Shown piece after piece: positions 61,951-64,000 of a stretch of 64,000 nucleotides of DNA (the first letter of the stretch is position 1; each line of letters opens with the position of its first letter). The position numbers were made by a program, and so were the translations under genes. The notes below the pieces were generated by a model. It had not been told where the DNA came from. It saw only the letters and a list, made by a program, of their open reading frames with translations, and made no database searches. This DNA is from Harriotta raleighana. Its lineage: Eukaryota. The stretch covers positions 771,877-835,876 of the forward strand of contig JBNZDD010013683.1 in assembly GCA_050575255.1 (NCBI GenBank), given 5' to 3'.

Positions 61951-64000
61951 ATTGTAAACAGACGTTGAAGGTTGCACCTTCTTCCCGACGTGAAAGGTGC
62001 TATACAAATGCAATTTTGTTGTTGTTGATGTTATTTCAGTGAGTGAGATTGCGTAAGTGATAATTCTTGTGTAGTCCTCACAGACAATCGGAAGGTGAGT
62101 GAAATTTTACAATCTTATTGGTACATTCGAAAACTTTCCTTTTGAAAGTGTCCCTTTGCCACTGACTGTGCTTGTTTTCTTTAACGGTTTGAATCAAAGC
62201 CCAAATTAAATTAAATTTCCAACCAATAGCATTAACCTCCAACCTACCCTTACAATAAATCAATACATGACTCAAATAATCCATAGCTTTTGTATAGCTA
62301 ATGTCAATTTTCTTAATTTACACCCAAACTCAGTGAGCATTGGGTTCATGGGGTCATTAACAAAGAGCAAAAGGAAGTTAATTAACTTTTTTCCACGTTT
62401 TCTGCCATTCTATTTCCTTGCCAATTATGTAAAATGCACAGTAAGATAAATATGCATCTAGGGATTACTGTAACAAGCTAAGGTAAAGTCAGTGAGATAG
62501 AGTTTCATAAACCAGCAGGGATGACATGAAAGATCAATAGATCAATGTAGGATTACTGAATTATCTCTTCTTGATCAATCTCAAATACCATTTATACTAA
62601 ACAATATTCAGCCCTGTTTAAGTCAAGTCTCTGCTGCACATGTTCATAGTAGAATAGAGCGAGTAGGAATCAAATGTAAAGTTTTCCCGTTTGTGTATCT
62701 GAAGCCCAACGTTTCACTTTGTTTTCGGTCAGCAACAACAACAAAATGACATTTGTAGAGCGACTTTCACGTTGGAAATTCTTAAGCAGAGTGCCCAATA
62801 CATGCAGAAACTCACCGTTGTGTTTAAGAGTATCCAATCTAGACTATGAGTTCCCTATATGCACGCCACCACACATGGAAATTTTGTTGTATCTGGAATG
62901 GAATACGCATCCTGTTTGTCCAATTCTGGAGAGATGCATTAAAAATCTAGCCTGGTTTTAACACTCAAGACATTATTAAATAAGAACCAGCGGACACAAG
63001 ATTCGAAAGATCTTCAGTAGTATTCCAGAAACTGAAACATCTACCCTGATCCCAGATAACTATTCAGTTGAAATAATATTTTCTCTTGGGGTGTATTCTT
63101 CCAGTTGGAAAACTACCATGTACAGCAGTAGTTTAGGTGGCAATATTTTGCACACCTAAACTACAACACAACTGCAAGCCAACACTGGGATTCAACTCTG
63201 GCAATTATATGTAGCTGTTGAATGAGGATGAATTCAGTACCACATGCATCCAGCCATGCACCAAGTGAACATATTAAAATAATTAAGAACTGTTATGGAT
63301 TGACAGTTTGCCATTGCCACCATCCATCTACCTCCTCCGTCACTATTGCTGCCTTGACAAATGTTAATCCTCATTCCTCGTAATGCATGAGAGTCCGCCA
63401 ATTGGACAGGAAGAAAATGATCGCGCTAAAAATAACAATTTCATTAGTGCTTCTCTGTTCCCCCAGTGAAAATGATCAGCATTGCTGTCCAACTGTTTTA
63501 GGTAAATCCAACTAGGGAAGTGGCTGCCACGGTATGATGGAATGGCTGCACCTGCAGATAAGGTCCCATATGGGCCAAGACGTTTGTACTATTCATTGTA
63601 TAATGTCCCCCCAGTCAGCAAAGCACAATGGATGCATTTTCATATCTTAAAGTATCTCGTGGTGAATAACTCTCACTATAAATCTTCGTTGCGGTTAGGT
63701 TATGCAAAATTCATATGTGGCTTTTCAGAGAGAATTCATACGCATCAGTGGACCAATAATTCAAACATGCAGAGAATGTGTGTATTTCTGCTCAGAGGAA
63801 GGTTGTGAGCTGCGTAGAACTACTTTGTTGACCGTCAGTTCCAACTTTTATAATTTTTCAAGAAGAAGGCAAATTAAACACAGATACATCTATTGCAATT
63901 TTACTTTCATTACAAGGGATACCATTAAATAGTCATGGTGGTATTTAAATAGATTTTTATGGGAGTGCAATTTTTCTACAGCAACTGTGAGCGAAATCAA

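Overview
Eukaryotic, AT-rich, non-coding DNA (intergenic or deep intronic). The repeat content points to a cartilaginous fish, plausibly a chimaera/elephant-shark relative; this is an inference from repeat families only. No intact protein-coding gene is recognisable: the supplied ORFs are chance frames or decayed transposon pieces. The window is mostly retroelement remnants: L2 (LINE2) 3' ends, CR1 3' ends, Deu-domain (SacSINE1/AmnSINE1-like) SINEs and a younger tRNA-Ala-like SINE that shares their 3' region. It also holds two decayed PIF/Harbinger transposase copies (one keeps a GT-AG intron) and a Tigger/pogo-like non-autonomous element. Most notable: (i) a small palindromic Penelope-like element with a complete minimal type I hammerhead ribozyme topology (6952-6998) and further decayed copies; (ii) a ~227-bp, ~99% identical inverted duplication (44777-45003 / 48280-48505) enclosing 3.3 kb that includes a splice-signal-bounded candidate non-coding exon; (iii) head and tail module swapping among the SINEs around a covarying L2 3' stem-loop. 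All six single-N positions are flanked by direct duplications (largest 1174 bp), most likely assembly artefacts. Repeat boundaries are by-eye estimates.
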